64,000 bases of DNA from Dehalococcoidia bacterium (GCA_030612025.1 JAUWOR010000002.1:96001-160000); one strand, 5' to 3'; shown: positions 19,359 to 32,661, counted from the stretch's first letter. Translations and numbers: made by a program. Notes: generated from the letters alone by a model not told the origin.

Positions 19359-20196
19359 GTTTCTCCAGGTTCCGTTGGCTGGCTGGGTTGACGCCGCTAT
19401 GGGCTGGCTCTTAGCAAACTTGGGTGGCATATTCGACGCTATTGGCCATGCTATTCTGCTTATACTGCTCTATATTGAGCGATTTTTACTCTGGCTGCCA
19501 TGGATAGTGATCATTGTGCTGGTAGGGGTTGTTGCCTGGCGGGTCATGCGCTTGTGGTGGGCAGGATTAGTTATGGCAGCACTGCTGGTTCTTATCGGTA
19601 GCTTTGGCTACTGGGACCTAGCTATGATGACCGTTGCCATTATCACTGCCTCTGTTGTTATCTCGCTAGTCCTGGGCATTCCCACAGGCATACTTATGGC
19701 TCGGAGCAATCTTGTTAAGTCCACGCTTAAACCCTTGCTGGATGCCATGCAGACTATGCCCAGCTTCGTCTACCTGATTCCAGCCCTGATGTTCTTCGGC
19801 CTGGGTAAGGTTCCGGCAGTGTTCGCTACCATTATCTATGCCATGCCGCCAGTCATCCGGCTCACCGATCTAGGTATAAGACAGGTGTCGCAGAGCGTGG
19901 TCGAAGCAGCTCAAGCCTTCGGTTCGAGCTCGCGACAAATACTATTCGAGGTTCAGCTACCCCTAGCCATTCCATCAATAATGCTAGGTATTAACCAGAC
20001 AACGATGATGGCCCTGGCAATGGTAGTTATCGCCTCAATGATCGGCGCAAGGGGTTTGGGGTTAGAGGTATTGCTAGCCATCAATCGTATTGAGGTGGGA
20101 CGCGGCTTTGAGGCTGGACTCTGCATCGTATTGCTGGCAATCATCATTGACCGAATAACTCATGCCATGGCAGCCCGGCAGCAATATGCGGCATAA
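19342..20196 (+). CDS. proW: Glycine betaine ABC transporter permease
   Basis: DAMQTMPSFVYLIP, EAA motif, GINQTTMMALAMVVIASMIGA. Confidence 0.92.
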   Translation: MLEFPEFLQVPLAGWVDAAMGWLLANLGGIFDAIGHAILLILLYIERFLLWLPWIVIIVLVGVVAWRVMRLWWAGLVMAALLVLIGSFGYWDLAMMTVAIITASVVISLVLGIPTGILMARSNLVKSTLKPLLDAMQTMPSFVYLIPALMFFGLGKVPAVFATIIYAMPPVIRLTDLGIRQVSQSVVEAAQAFGSSSRQILFEVQLPLAIPSIMLGINQTTMMALAMVVIASMIGARGLGLEVLLAINRIEVGRGFEAGLCIVLLAIIIDRITHAMAARQQYAA

Positions 20197-20264
20197 TATA
20201 GGCCATCCAGAGCAGTGAATTATATTGGCTGAAGGATAACGACACGGCTCAATCCCGATGCCAA

Positions 20265-20332
20265 ATAAGAAAGGCAGGCCAATTTGGCCTGCCTCTTTAC
20301 ATTTTTTGGCACCGGGGGTTGGATTTGAACCA
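20265..20332 (-). repeat. Copy of tRNA-fMet 3' end plus downstream hairpin (att-like scar)
   Basis: CGGGGGTTGGATTTGAACCA and the GGCAGGCCAAT..CCTGCCTCT hairpin match 24813-24881. Confidence 0.85.
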
Positions 20333-20639
20333 GCAAGCTACGGGCGGTTCGAATTCCCAACCGGTTGTATTGCTCTTTGGCTCAATTTCTTGTCCAGCAA
20401 ACTTTCTAGCCCTGGCGACAGTTCCTTTAGTCGCAAGGTCATTAGGAGCAAAGCAGTATCTTCCCTCGACTAAGGTTTTGGCAACACGATTGAACTCTTG
20501 GCACAGAAGCTTCCGATTCCCCAACCCTCACCTGCGTTTGCTTGGCGAGAGTGTTATCAGTCATTTTGAAAACTAGCTGGAGCTTTCTATCAGCGCATTA
20601 GAGAATTAGTGCCGAGGGTGATTTGCGGCGGCGGAGACT

Positions 20640-21539
20640 TTATTGAATTGTCTCAAGTGTTTCCCCTAAAATTTCTTCTACACGACTGAGTGCTTCTTTA
20701 GCCCCTCTCTCAGCAGCCAATCCTAGATATTTTTTAAAATCGATAAATTTTCCCACACCATCTATCACCGCATCCGGCACTTTTGAATCTTTGAGAAGAA
20801 AGGTATATAGCTCCTTCCCTGACTTCTTCCTTATCTCTTCATATGGGATTGCGTCAGCTAGCATTGTCGCTGCTGTTTTTAACTGGTTATAGTCCCTTGT
20901 CAATGTTTCATAAGTAGATTCTAGCTCGCTATGCTTTTCTTTTAACTGTTCAAGCTCCCCTGCCAGGGTTCCTTTTTCTGATTCCAAACCTTCTAATTTG
21001 GACTCATACCCAGCTATTCGTGACTCATATCTTTCCGTTAATTCTGCCTTTTCCTTGTTTAGGTTTGATACTTGTGACTTTAGGTGTTCTACATCAGCTA
21101 GCCTATCCGCGATTTCGTTGTAATTGGCTTTTAATGCCTCATAATCTCCGCCTACTACTTCAGCTACCTTTCCCACAAGTTTGTCATAATTGTTTCTTTC
21201 CTTATCACGCTCTTTCGCTACTACTGCCATTTGCGATTTCAAATTCCCTACTTCATGATCATGCTGTTCTTTCACTGCCGCGTATGTCATCAGAGCGCTT
21301 ACCTTGGCAACAGCGTCGGCTCGGCCTTTGATATCGTATGGACCAAACACCTTATCCGTCGCCCTATCCATGCCAGAAAGTGATTCAGCATATTCCCTTA
21401 ATACTTTGTCAACTACAGGATCCAGGCCTAACTGATGATATAACCCGTCCGCAAGTTGCTTTTGCTCCAGGCTCATCTTTTCCAGGCTGACTTCCTCAAT
21501 CTTCATAAGTTGTCTTTGTTCTATATTCTTCTCTTCCAT
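20640..21539 (-). CDS. Coiled-coil protein of unknown function
   Basis: E/K/L-rich heptad pattern across the centre; GGGGG RBS. Confidence 0.75.
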   Translation of the reverse strand: MEEKNIEQRQLMKIEEVSLEKMSLEQKQLADGLYHQLGLDPVVDKVLREYAESLSGMDRATDKVFGPYDIKGRADAVAKVSALMTYAAVKEQHDHEVGNLKSQMAVVAKERDKERNNYDKLVGKVAEVVGGDYEALKANYNEIADRLADVEHLKSQVSNLNKEKAELTERYESRIAGYESKLEGLESEKGTLAGELEQLKEKHSELESTYETLTRDYNQLKTAATMLADAIPYEEIRKKSGKELYTFLLKDSKVPDAVIDGVGKFIDFKKYLGLAAERGAKEALSRVEEILGETLETIQ

Positions 21540-21865
21540 TTTTGCCCCCCTTCAATTGTAGTATTTCCAACCACTTTTACACTCAGCAAATCCCCCGGCC
21601 TTTCCATCTCTTTTCCTGTTCAGAGATAAAACTGCCTAACGAGTCACTGAGACAAGCGATCCTCCTTAAGTATATTATATACCCTGCCCAAAAACTCTTG
21701 CATCTCTTCCTAGAAAAGGAACACTGCTGAGCCAGGAAGGGACGAACCACCGCCAAAGACTCGGTCCTTGCTTTTCATGCTCGCTTTCCTCGATATCGAG
21801 GCGACTGAACTCTTAGTCTGGTGTGCCCGATTCTTCTCAGCCACTTGCCCGAAGCTTAACAAATT

Positions 21866-21917
21866 AAAAAGAGGCAAGCCAAACTGACCTGTCTCTCAAA
21901 TCTCCTGGTAGCGGCGG
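21866..21917 (-). repeat. Degenerate tRNA-fMet 3' end plus hairpin copy
   Basis: GGCAAGCCAAACTGACCTGTCTCTC followed by TGGTAGCGG. Confidence 0.65.
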
Positions 21918-22058
21918 CGAGACTCTGCCTCGTTTTGCTCCCCTATCTCTCCTTCAGCTCGGGCACATAAAATGGTGCATGCGGCTTGTTTCGCCTTCCC
22001 AAATGTCTACCAGAAACCTCGACAAAAGGACAGAATGTATGTATCATCGTAGGTTAAT

Positions 22059-23075
22059 ATGATAGTGGATATGAGAAAGGGTGCCACCCCAGAGGAGATA
22101 GATGGGGTGGTAGAGCGGGCTAGGTCGCTGGGACTGGACATCCAGTTGAACTTGGGCACCGACAAAACAGTAGTTGCTATACTGGGAAGTAACACAGGAC
22201 AACTGCCCACCGACATCTTCGCCGTGCTCCCTGGCGTGGAGAACGTAGCCCGGATTATGAAACCCTACAAGCTCGCCTCCCGGGAATTCAAGGCAGAGGA
22301 CAGCATAGTTTCCATTAATGGAATCGAGATTGGTGGCAAGCGCATCGTGGTTATGGCAGGGCCGTGCGCTGTGGAGAGCGAGGAGCAGTTCATGAAAGCG
22401 GCCAGGACTGTGAAGAGCTCCGGGGCCTGTATTGTGCGCGGTGGCGCCTTCAAACCACGCACCTCCCCTTTCAGCTTTCAGGGGCTGGGGAAGGCTGGCC
22501 TGGAGTTGCTGACGCAAGCCAAGGAGCGATTCAGCATACCTGTCGTCACCGAAGTGGTGGATACCCACGATGTCAGCCAGGTATCCAAGTATGCCGATAT
22601 TCTTCAAGTTGGGGCTCGAAATATGCAAAACTTCACCCTACTGACTGAGATTGGCAAGAGCAAGTGCCCGGTTCTCCTCAAGCGAGGCTTATCAGCCACT
22701 ATTACTGAGTGGCTTACAGCGGCCGACTATCTGCTGGCAGAGGGCAATAGCCAGGTTGTTCTCTGCGAGAGGGGCATCAGAACCTTTGAGGACAGCACTC
22801 GCTTCTCCCTTGATGTCTGTTCTATACCCGTGGTTAAGAAATTCAGCCACTTGCCTTTGATCGTCGACCCCAGCCACGCTGCCGGCCACTACTCCCTTGT
22901 TCCGGCTATAGCCAAGGCGGCTGTCGCTGCTGGTGCTGATGGATTACTCATCGAAGTTCACCCCAACCCCAAGGAAGCCTTGGTGGATGGACTTCAGTCC
23001 CTCACTCCGTCAGACTTCGCCAGGTTGATGAAGGAGCTTAGGCGAATTGCCAAATCGGTAGGCAGATATATCTAG
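22059..23075 (+). CDS. aroF: DAHP synthase, type I-beta with N-terminal regulatory domain
   Basis: MAGPCAVE, RGGAFKPRTSP, QVGARNMQNF, CERGIRTF, DPSH. Confidence 0.93.
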   Translation: MIVDMRKGATPEEIDGVVERARSLGLDIQLNLGTDKTVVAILGSNTGQLPTDIFAVLPGVENVARIMKPYKLASREFKAEDSIVSINGIEIGGKRIVVMAGPCAVESEEQFMKAARTVKSSGACIVRGGAFKPRTSPFSFQGLGKAGLELLTQAKERFSIPVVTEVVDTHDVSQVSKYADILQVGARNMQNFTLLTEIGKSKCPVLLKRGLSATITEWLTAADYLLAEGNSQVVLCERGIRTFEDSTRFSLDVCSIPVVKKFSHLPLIVDPSHAAGHYSLVPAIAKAAVAAGADGLLIEVHPNPKEALVDGLQSLTPSDFARLMKELRRIAKSVGRYI

Positions 23076-23195
23076 CCAGAGCATAGGCGTTCCATAACCG
23101 CAGGCCTAGTCATCACCCATCAACAGGACTCAGCTTATTTAACCCATCTATCCCTTGACCTACTGTGAGCATCTAACAAAAGGGCGAATTACTCG

Positions 23196-23227
23196 CCGGG
23201 GTTGGATTTGAACCAATAACCTTCGGG
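23196..23227 (-). repeat. Copy of the tRNA-fMet T-arm region (att-like scar)
   Basis: GGGGTTGGATTTGAACCAATAACCTTCGGG vs tRNA GGGGTTGGATTTGAACCAACGACCTCCGGG. Confidence 0.8.
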
Positions 23228-23656
23228 AGACCTGTCCTTTCCCAAAGGTTAAGGACTTGGGGGCTTAGTTAATATTAATGGTTCAGTTTCTTGGTAACTC
23301 CTTCAGGATGGGAAGCGCACTGGCCCTAGGATTATAGAGGGGCGCCTTTCTCGGCACTGCTCCAAGCCGCCTTCGCGCGGACTGTGTTTGGACTGTTTGG
23401 AAAATCTGCTGGGTTGATGAGGCAAATAGACCAGTGTACGTCTCAGCAGAGGGCTTACAAGATCTCCCATGAGTACCCCAAGCCTCGCAGTGGGTTTCAA
23501 GGCTCCTCAGCATGATGAGGCATTTCTACATTGTCACAGCGGGACAGCAAAGTAGAAGAAAGGCCACGTCATGACTAAACCATCTAACTCTGCTGACGTT
23601 ATGATGTATGAAACCAGAGTCCTCAAAAAGCTAATTGAAATAAGGAGGGATAAGAT

Positions 23657-24121
23657 ATGAAATCAAGGTTAATCCTAACGTGTGCTGTGCTTGCCATCAC
23701 CTTAACCATATCCGGTTGTCTGATGGGTCCGCCGCACCCGCGGCAGATATGTATAGAAGCCAGCTGTGACGACTTTATGAAACTCCCTGCCATTAGCGAA
23801 GAACTGGTAGTTGTTGTTGGGGACGCATTTACTGTAACCTTGTGCTCCAACCCTACAACAGGCTTCCAGTGGTCGGAGTCTGCACAAGTTAGCGACCGAG
23901 CTGTATTGCAGCAGACAGACCACGAATTCGTGCCTCCCCTAGAGGCCGTAGGTTGCGCGCCCCCTCCTCCGGGGACTGCCAGCAAAGAAATATGGACCTT
24001 CAAGGCGCTCAAGCAGGGCGAGAGTACTATATCCATGGAATACAGCCAACCCTGGGAAGGTGGTCAGAAGGCAACCTGGACATTTGTCTTGACAGTAGTC
24101 GTGGCAGAGGGTCGAATTTGA
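23657..24121 (+). CDS. Chagasin/I42-family protease inhibitor lipoprotein
   Basis: Lipobox ISGC; SNPTTGFQW, WTFKA, YSQPWE. Confidence 0.85.
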   Translation: MKSRLILTCAVLAITLTISGCLMGPPHPRQICIEASCDDFMKLPAISEELVVVVGDAFTVTLCSNPTTGFQWSESAQVSDRAVLQQTDHEFVPPLEAVGCAPPPPGTASKEIWTFKALKQGESTISMEYSQPWEGGQKATWTFVLTVVVAEGRI

Positions 24122-24812
24122 GCCAAAAACCTTCCGAATCCACGACAATATCATCTTAGAACCTCTAAGTAGTGAATCTAAGTGATAGGCAGTCCTGGCA
24201 GGTGGTCAGGCCAGAAATAGAAAGTGTATCTACGCCACGATTACAGCAGGGCCCCTCGATTCGGCCCGCTCTGGGCCGCTTTTCCTGCGGACTGCACGTG
24301 GATTGTTTGGGAAATAGGGCTTTTGGGGTGGGGACCTCGAGAGATCAATCGCCATCACCATGACGTACAAAGCCAAACACCCAAGGCTCAGGCGTGACCC
24401 CTGTTCGGCTTAGACTGCGTGTCCAACTATTTATACAGCCTCAAGCCTCCGATAGAGCTTTGAATTACCCTCAGAATTCATACAGCCGAGAGACAGTTGT
24501 CTCCGCGCCAAGAAGGAACGCTCACCTTGCGATTGACCAATGGATCTGCCTATCTGCCTCCATATCCAGCGCACCACACGGGGCCAGTGTACATGTGGGT
24601 TTTCCCTCAAGTTCGTTCCTAGAGGGGCAATGTCGTTGAAAACTCAAAGCTAAAAAATTGATTCTAGAGCCATACCTGGCTGGACGCCCCTGCTTAACAT
24701 CGCTCCATGTGACTTCTCTGCAAACCGCATCTGGATTGTTTTGGAAAGCAGTGCCTTCAGCTAGGGTTCTTGGTGGGATCATTCGGCCGCGAACCTAAAG
24801 GGTGACCGACAG

Positions 24813-24849
24813 ATAAGAAGGGCAGGCCAATCTGACCTGCCTCTCTTAT
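24813..24849 (-). terminator. Terminator-like hairpin downstream of tRNA-fMet
   Basis: GAGGCAGGTCA-GAT-TGGCCTGCCCT followed by TCTTAT on the minus strand. Confidence 0.6.
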
Positions 24850-24855
24850 TTTCAT

Positions 24856-24930
24856 TGGTAGCGGGGGTTGGATTTGAACCAACGACCTCCGGGTTATGAG
24901 CCCGACGAGCTTCCACTGCTCTACCCCGCG
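24856..24930 (-). tRNA. Initiator tRNA-fMet (CAT)
   Basis: C1:A72 mismatch, GGG/CCC in anticodon stem, CAT anticodon, encoded CCA. Confidence 0.96.
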
Positions 24931-24998
24931 ACAAAAACCCACAAAAATCTGCGATTTCTGTGGCAACTATATAAAAGGTTTTGTGCTCAGCCTGATGT

Positions 24999-27976
<2,978 letters not shown>

Positions 27977-28044
27977 TACATCAGGCTGAACACAGAACCT
28001 ATTCAATTTTTAAGGTACTGAATATGACTGGTAACAAAACAGAG

Positions 28045-28073
28045 ATTATACAATACCATGTTACCAATGTCAA
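28045..28073 (-). promoter_or_regulatory. Dedicated promoter of the 23S-tRNA-fMet unit
   Basis: Perfect TTGACA-17 bp-TATAAT; boxA-like TACCTTAAAAATTGAATA downstream. Confidence 0.9.
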
Positions 28074-28160
28074 ATAAAGCTAGATTTAGCTTGGCTATTT
28101 ATCTTGGTGCTATTAAATATTATACTAGTTCGGGCTTTCTTAAAGCAAATTCGAATAACT

Positions 28161-29366
28161 ATGAAACAAAAACAAATTTTCGGTCTTAACCCCAATGTGT
28201 TTTTCCTGGGCCTGGTCAGCTTTCTCACCGACGTTAGCAGTGAGATGATTTTCCCTATCTTCTCCTTGTTTTTGTTCAATGTGCTTCATACACCCACCAC
28301 GATTATTGGCTTGATTGAAGGAGCAGCGGGAAGCATAGCTTCCCTAGTTAGAATCTTCAGCGGCTGGCTCAGCGATAAGTTGGGAAAAAGAAAAGGGCTG
28401 ACTATTCTGGGTTACGGACTATCTACCGTCGCCAAGCCTTTTATGTATATCGCCACAACCTGGGGTATAGCCTTCGGGGTGAGGTTTGCCGATAGGGTAG
28501 GCAAGGGCATTCGCACCGCTCCCCGCGATGCTTTAGTAGCTGACTCTTTAACACCGGAGCAAAGAGGCAAGGGCTTTGGCCTCCATCGTGCCATGGATAC
28601 CTTCGGCGCTGTTGTGGGCATCATCTCAGCAGTAATCGTTGTCTTCCTCTGCCAGGGCAAGGACTGGGCACTTACCAGAGGCAGCTACCAGCAACTGGTT
28701 TTAATCGGTGTTATCCCGGCGGTGCTGGCTTTATTTGTGTTTTTCTTCGTTCGAGAGCCTAAAAAGGAAACACCAAGCGGTGCCCCCCCTAAAGCCAAAC
28801 CTGGTGGTTTGCTCTCTGGCTTTGATAGACGATTCAAAATTTTCCTGGGCATCATTTTTCTATTTACTCTGGGCAATTCCAGCGATGCCTTCCTTGTCCT
28901 CCGAGCGCAGAACCTGGGCAATCCTGTCCTTTACATACTTCTAATGCTGGTGCTGTTCAATCTTATCTATGCCTCTATATCCACACCAGCAGGTATGCTA
29001 TCAGACAAGCTGGGCAGAAAGAGAGTCATCCTATCTGGCTGGTTAATTTACACCCTGGTTTACCTTGGCTTTGCCCTGGCTTCGCCAGAAGCTTCATGGC
29101 AATTATGGATATTATTCGGTCTTTATGGAGTTTACTATGGCTTAGCTGAGGGGGTAGCCCGTGCTTTTGTCGCTGACTTAGTGCCTGCAGAGAAGAGAGG
29201 AACCGCCTATGGCCTTTTCCACGGTGTAGTAGGGATTACCTTACTCCCCGCAAGTCTTATTGCTGGCTGGCTATGGCAAGTTGTAAATCCAGCAGCTCCC
29301 TTCCTATTTGGTGCCGCTCTGGCTTTCCTGGCCATGATAGGACTACTGGTGCTAATCAAGGAATAG
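28161..29366 (+). CDS. MFS transporter
   Basis: About 12 TM segments; GWLSDKLGKRK motif A, DRVGKGIRTAPRDAL, GLHRAMDT. Confidence 0.92.
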   Translation: MKQKQIFGLNPNVFFLGLVSFLTDVSSEMIFPIFSLFLFNVLHTPTTIIGLIEGAAGSIASLVRIFSGWLSDKLGKRKGLTILGYGLSTVAKPFMYIATTWGIAFGVRFADRVGKGIRTAPRDALVADSLTPEQRGKGFGLHRAMDTFGAVVGIISAVIVVFLCQGKDWALTRGSYQQLVLIGVIPAVLALFVFFFVREPKKETPSGAPPKAKPGGLLSGFDRRFKIFLGIIFLFTLGNSSDAFLVLRAQNLGNPVLYILLMLVLFNLIYASISTPAGMLSDKLGRKRVILSGWLIYTLVYLGFALASPEASWQLWILFGLYGVYYGLAEGVARAFVADLVPAEKRGTAYGLFHGVVGITLLPASLIAGWLWQVVNPAAPFLFGAALAFLAMIGLLVLIKE

Positions 29367-29369
29367 TTC

Positions 29370-29495
29370 GACCCAGAAGTATATTATCTATCAATCTCGT
29401 TCTGCCCACCCTGACAGCTAGGGAGGCCAGAGCCGGATGGCTGTTCAGCTCTAACTGCCTTAACTGTTCCGGCATCGACACTAGCAACAGCGACA
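29370..29495 (-). pseudogene. Second, degraded copy of the panC 3' end
   Basis: 29381-29434 matches 30302-30355 at 51/54 nt (ALASLAVRVGRTRLIDN). Confidence 0.85.
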
Positions 29496-29543
29496 CCTTT
29501 CATAGTATTATTGTAGATTGGCATAGAATGTAGGGAGGCTACT

Positions 29544-29858
29544 ATGAAGATCGAAGAGGTTCTCAAGGAATTTAGAGCAGAAGTTGAGAAACTATATGGC
29601 AAGAGATTAAGAAACATAATCCTGTATGGCTCGTGGGCAAGAGGCGAGGCTACAGAGAGTTCTGACATAGACCTGGTCATAACTCTGGAAGGAGATGTCA
29701 TTCCTGGAAAGGAAATAGACAGGATGATAGACATAATTACGGAGATAAATTTAAAACACGGGGTGCTGTTATCCATTTATCCTATATCTGAAAATGATTA
29801 TTCTGCTGTGAATAGCCCGCTGCTTATGAATGTGCGAAGGGAAGGAGTGCCGGCGTGA
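29544..29858 (+). CDS. Minimal nucleotidyltransferase (MNT) antitoxin
   Basis: LYGSWARG...SDIDL motif. Confidence 0.88.
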   Translation: MKIEEVLKEFRAEVEKLYGKRLRNIILYGSWARGEATESSDIDLVITLEGDVIPGKEIDRMIDIITEINLKHGVLLSIYPISENDYSAVNSPLLMNVRREGVPA

Positions 29859-30247
29859 AAGAGGTAGAATCCCTCATCGAAAGAGCAAAGAAATATCTTA
29901 GAAGTGCCAAGGTACTCATTGAAGAGGGAGATTTTGAGTCTTCAGTTTCTAGGGCATACTATGCCATGTTTTACTGTGCTGAAGCCATGTTGCTCACAAT
30001 AGGTCTGTCATTTTCATCCCATAAAGGCGTGATTTCCGCTTTCGGAGAGCACTTCATTAAGACTCACATTTTCTCAAAGGAGATGGGTAAAGAACTAAAT
30101 AGGGCGTTTGAGAAAAGGCAGTTAGGAGATTATGAGTATACCCTCGTAATATCTAAAGGTGAAGCTGAGGAGATATTCGAGAAGAGCACAGATTTTGTAG
30201 ACCAGATAGTTCAATACTTAAAACAGCGGGAGAGCGGAATACTATAA
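29855..30247 (+). CDS. HEPN-domain protein (MNT partner)
   Basis: SRAYYAMF, SHKGVISAF, RQLGDY; 4-bp overlap with the MNT gene. Confidence 0.88.
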   Translation: MKEVESLIERAKKYLRSAKVLIEEGDFESSVSRAYYAMFYCAEAMLLTIGLSFSSHKGVISAFGEHFIKTHIFSKEMGKELNRAFEKRQLGDYEYTLVISKGEAEEIFEKSTDFVDQIVQYLKQRESGIL

Positions 30248-30288
30248 GGAGCCTGCTGTGCAGAGGAACTGGAGGCAAAATAGGATAT

Positions 30289-31134
30289 CTATTCCAGAGT
30301 CATATTATCTATCAATCTCGTTCTGCCTACCCTGACGGCTAGAGAGGCCAGAGCCAGTCGGTCAATCATATCTAGCTCCTCCAAAGTACCAGCATCGGCG
30401 ATGCTGACATAGTCAATTTTGGCTAGAGGTTCCCTCTGAATAAGCGAGGTCACTTGCTGGCGAATTTTGTCGGCGTCTTTTTCTCCGCCTTGCCATAATT
30501 GCCTGGCTAGGGAGAGCGCCCTAAATAGAACAGTGGCTGCTTGGCGCTCCTCAGGACTGAGATAGGTATTGCGGCTGCTCATAGCCAAGCCATCGCTTTC
30601 CCTGACTGTAGGCACAACCACGATCTCTACCATCATATTAAGGTCAGCCACCATTCTCTTGATAACAATTGCTTGCTGGGCATCCTTCTGCCCAAAGTAA
30701 GCTTTAGTGGGCTGGACAACGTTGAATAGTTTAGCTACCACTGTAGCCACCCCCCTGAAATGCCCCGGTCGAGATGCTCCCTCAAGACGCTCGGCCACTT
30801 TCTCCACATCCACCCAGGTGCTAAACTCGGATGGATATATCTCCGCATCAGAGGGCACAAGAACGATATCCGTTTTCTCTTTCTCCAATAGCTTCAAATC
30901 ACGGTCGAGGTCTCGCGGATAAGTGCCAAGATCTTCGCTGGGGCCAAACTGGGTAGGATTAACAAAAATGCTAACCACAACGATAGCATTTTCCGCTCTG
31001 GCATGTTTCACTAGAGCTAAATGACCTTCGTGAAGATAGCCCATGGTGGGCACAAAGCCAACTGAGCCAGTGAGGCAGCGCCTTAATTCCCTTAGCTCGG
31101 CGATTGTTCTTACTACTTCCACTTTCACCCTCAC
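30289..31134 (-). CDS. panC: Pantoate-beta-alanine ligase
   Basis: VPTMGYLHEGH, FVNPTQF, FGQKDAQQ, MSSRN, RLIDN; start may instead be the GTG at 31122. Confidence 0.96.
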   Translation of the reverse strand: MRVKVEVVRTIAELRELRRCLTGSVGFVPTMGYLHEGHLALVKHARAENAIVVVSIFVNPTQFGPSEDLGTYPRDLDRDLKLLEKEKTDIVLVPSDAEIYPSEFSTWVDVEKVAERLEGASRPGHFRGVATVVAKLFNVVQPTKAYFGQKDAQQAIVIKRMVADLNMMVEIVVVPTVRESDGLAMSSRNTYLSPEERQAATVLFRALSLARQLWQGGEKDADKIRQQVTSLIQREPLAKIDYVSIADAGTLEELDMIDRLALASLAVRVGRTRLIDNMTLE

Positions 31135-31135
31135 C

Positions 31136-31996
31136 TTAATCCTCTCCCTTCAAGGGAGAGGAGGATGTAGTGTCAAGAGACTCAAGGACGCTTTCATCCA
31201 TGGTGTAGCTCTGTTCCCCAGTGGGGAAACTAACAGACTTAACTTCAGCTACATAATCAGAGACAGCGGCCTTTATTTCCTCAGCCAATTTGGCATACCG
31301 CTTAGCATGTTTCGGTACAAAATCAGTGTAAAGACCCAGAATATCGCTAATCACTTGAACCTGACCATCACAATCAGGTCCAGCTCCAATACCAATGGTG
31401 GGAATACCTGCCCTCTGAGTAATCAGCTTGGAAAGAGGCGCTGGAACACATTCCAAAACGATAGCAAAAACACCAGCTTCCTCCAAAACTTGAGCATCTT
31501 TAAGCAGTCTCTTAGCTACCTCTGGCGTTTTCCCTTGCACCTTAAAGCCACCTAGCTGATGTATGGATTGTGGAGTAAACCCGATATGCCCCATAACCGG
31601 GATGCCACAATCAACAATACGCTTCACCGATTCAGCAACAGCCTCACCTCCCTCCAACTTAACTGCCTGTGCTCCCCCTTCCTGGATGAAGCGTCCGGCA
31701 TTATGTAAAGCCTCGGAGATACTGACATGATAGGTCATGAAAGGCATATCTCCTACCACCAAGGCCTTCTTAGCACCCCTGACCACAGCTTTTGTGTGGT
31801 GTAGCATCTCCTCCATGGTCACCGGTATGGTTGACTCATAACCTAACATCACCATCCCCAGGCTATCACCAACCAATATCAAGGGCACACCAGCTTCGTC
31901 AACCATCTTGGCAGTTATATAATCGTAAGCAGTAAGCATAGGTATCTTTTCCTGCCTCTGCTTCATTTCTTTTATTTCGCTGATGGTAACTCGCAT
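31136..31996 (-). CDS. panB: 3-methyl-2-oxobutanoate hydroxymethyltransferase
   Basis: TAYD, LVGDSLGM, VKLEGG, IGIGAG, DGQVQV. Confidence 0.96.
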   Translation of the reverse strand: MRVTISEIKEMKQRQEKIPMLTAYDYITAKMVDEAGVPLILVGDSLGMVMLGYESTIPVTMEEMLHHTKAVVRGAKKALVVGDMPFMTYHVSISEALHNAGRFIQEGGAQAVKLEGGEAVAESVKRIVDCGIPVMGHIGFTPQSIHQLGGFKVQGKTPEVAKRLLKDAQVLEEAGVFAIVLECVPAPLSKLITQRAGIPTIGIGAGPDCDGQVQVISDILGLYTDFVPKHAKRYAKLAEEIKAAVSDYVAEVKSVSFPTGEQSYTMDESVLESLDTTSSSPLKGED

Positions 31997-32014
31997 TCCT
32001 TCACTCCTTCCCTA

Positions 32015-32113
32015 AAAATTAAAAGTCAAAGATAAAAAATCAAAGTGACAACTCAAAATGTAAAACTTTTTAAACTTTGCTCTGTATTTTTGCATTTTGC
32101 ATTTTAATCTTTT
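32015..32113. repeat. AT-rich heptad-periodic inverted-repeat element, copy 3
   Basis: AAATTAAAAGTCAAAGAT...ACAACTCAAAATG...ATTTTGCATTTTAA, as in copy 2. Confidence 0.8.
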
Positions 32114-32115
32114 AT

Positions 32116-32499
32116 TTACATTTCCCGTCCAAGGAGAGGGACTATAGGTGAGAGCTCGATGACCCTATTTTTCTCATCTACATAAACCACAGTTGGCTCC
32201 ATAGCTATAGCCTCATCATCGGGAAGCTGGCAATAAGAAAGGATGATAATCATGTCTCCTTTAGCCACAAGTCTGGCGGCAGCACCATTAATCCCAATCA
32301 CTCCTGAATTTGCCTCGCCCTCAATAGCATAAGTGCTAAACCGAGCTCCATTATTAATATTCAGCACTTCCACCTGCTCATTAGGCAAGATATCGCTGGC
32401 TTCCATAAGCAATTTATCAATAGTAATGCTGCCCTCATAATCTAAATTGACCTGGGTAACTCGAGCTCGGTGAATTTTACTTTTCAGCATGATCCTCAT
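32116..32499 (-). CDS. panD: Aspartate 1-decarboxylase
   Basis: [16 protein letters not shown] self-cleavage site, [14 protein letters not shown]. Confidence 0.96.
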   Translation of the reverse strand: MRIMLKSKIHRARVTQVNLDYEGSITIDKLLMEASDILPNEQVEVLNINNGARFSTYAIEGEANSGVIGINGAAARLVAKGDMIIILSYCQLPDDEAIAMEPTVVYVDEKNRVIELSPIVPLLGREM

Positions 32500-32520
32500 T
32501 CTTGCCCCCTTTAGGTATAC

Positions 32521-32661
32521 AGCGTGTTTAATTTTGTTCTAGCTTTGGATTCAGCTTCGTTTCGATTATCCGGGAAAATTTTCACCTCCAAATTTTGTAG
32601 TGCGACCCTTTAGGGTCGTGCAGCACGAGGCTAAAGCCTCGCACGACTTTTTAAAAAGCCT
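32521..32661. mobile_element. 141-bp MITE carrying a GTAG-REP doublet, copy A
   Basis: Ends AGCGTGTTTAA / TTAAAAAGCCT; internal TTCACCTCCAA then GTAGTGCGACCCTTTAGGGTCG..CGAGGCTAAAGCCTCG. Confidence 0.7.

Noticed and set aside
22044-22628. Long antisense ORFs (also 47232-47879, 61528-62136, 31043-31555)
   Set aside because: They lie opposite well-supported genes and show no independent motifs.
23100-24800. ORFs 23283-23513 and 24172-24782, and ATCTAAC cores at 23171 and 23582 as possible attC sites
   Set aside because: No recognisable protein motifs and no supporting attC palindromes; probably decayed DNA.
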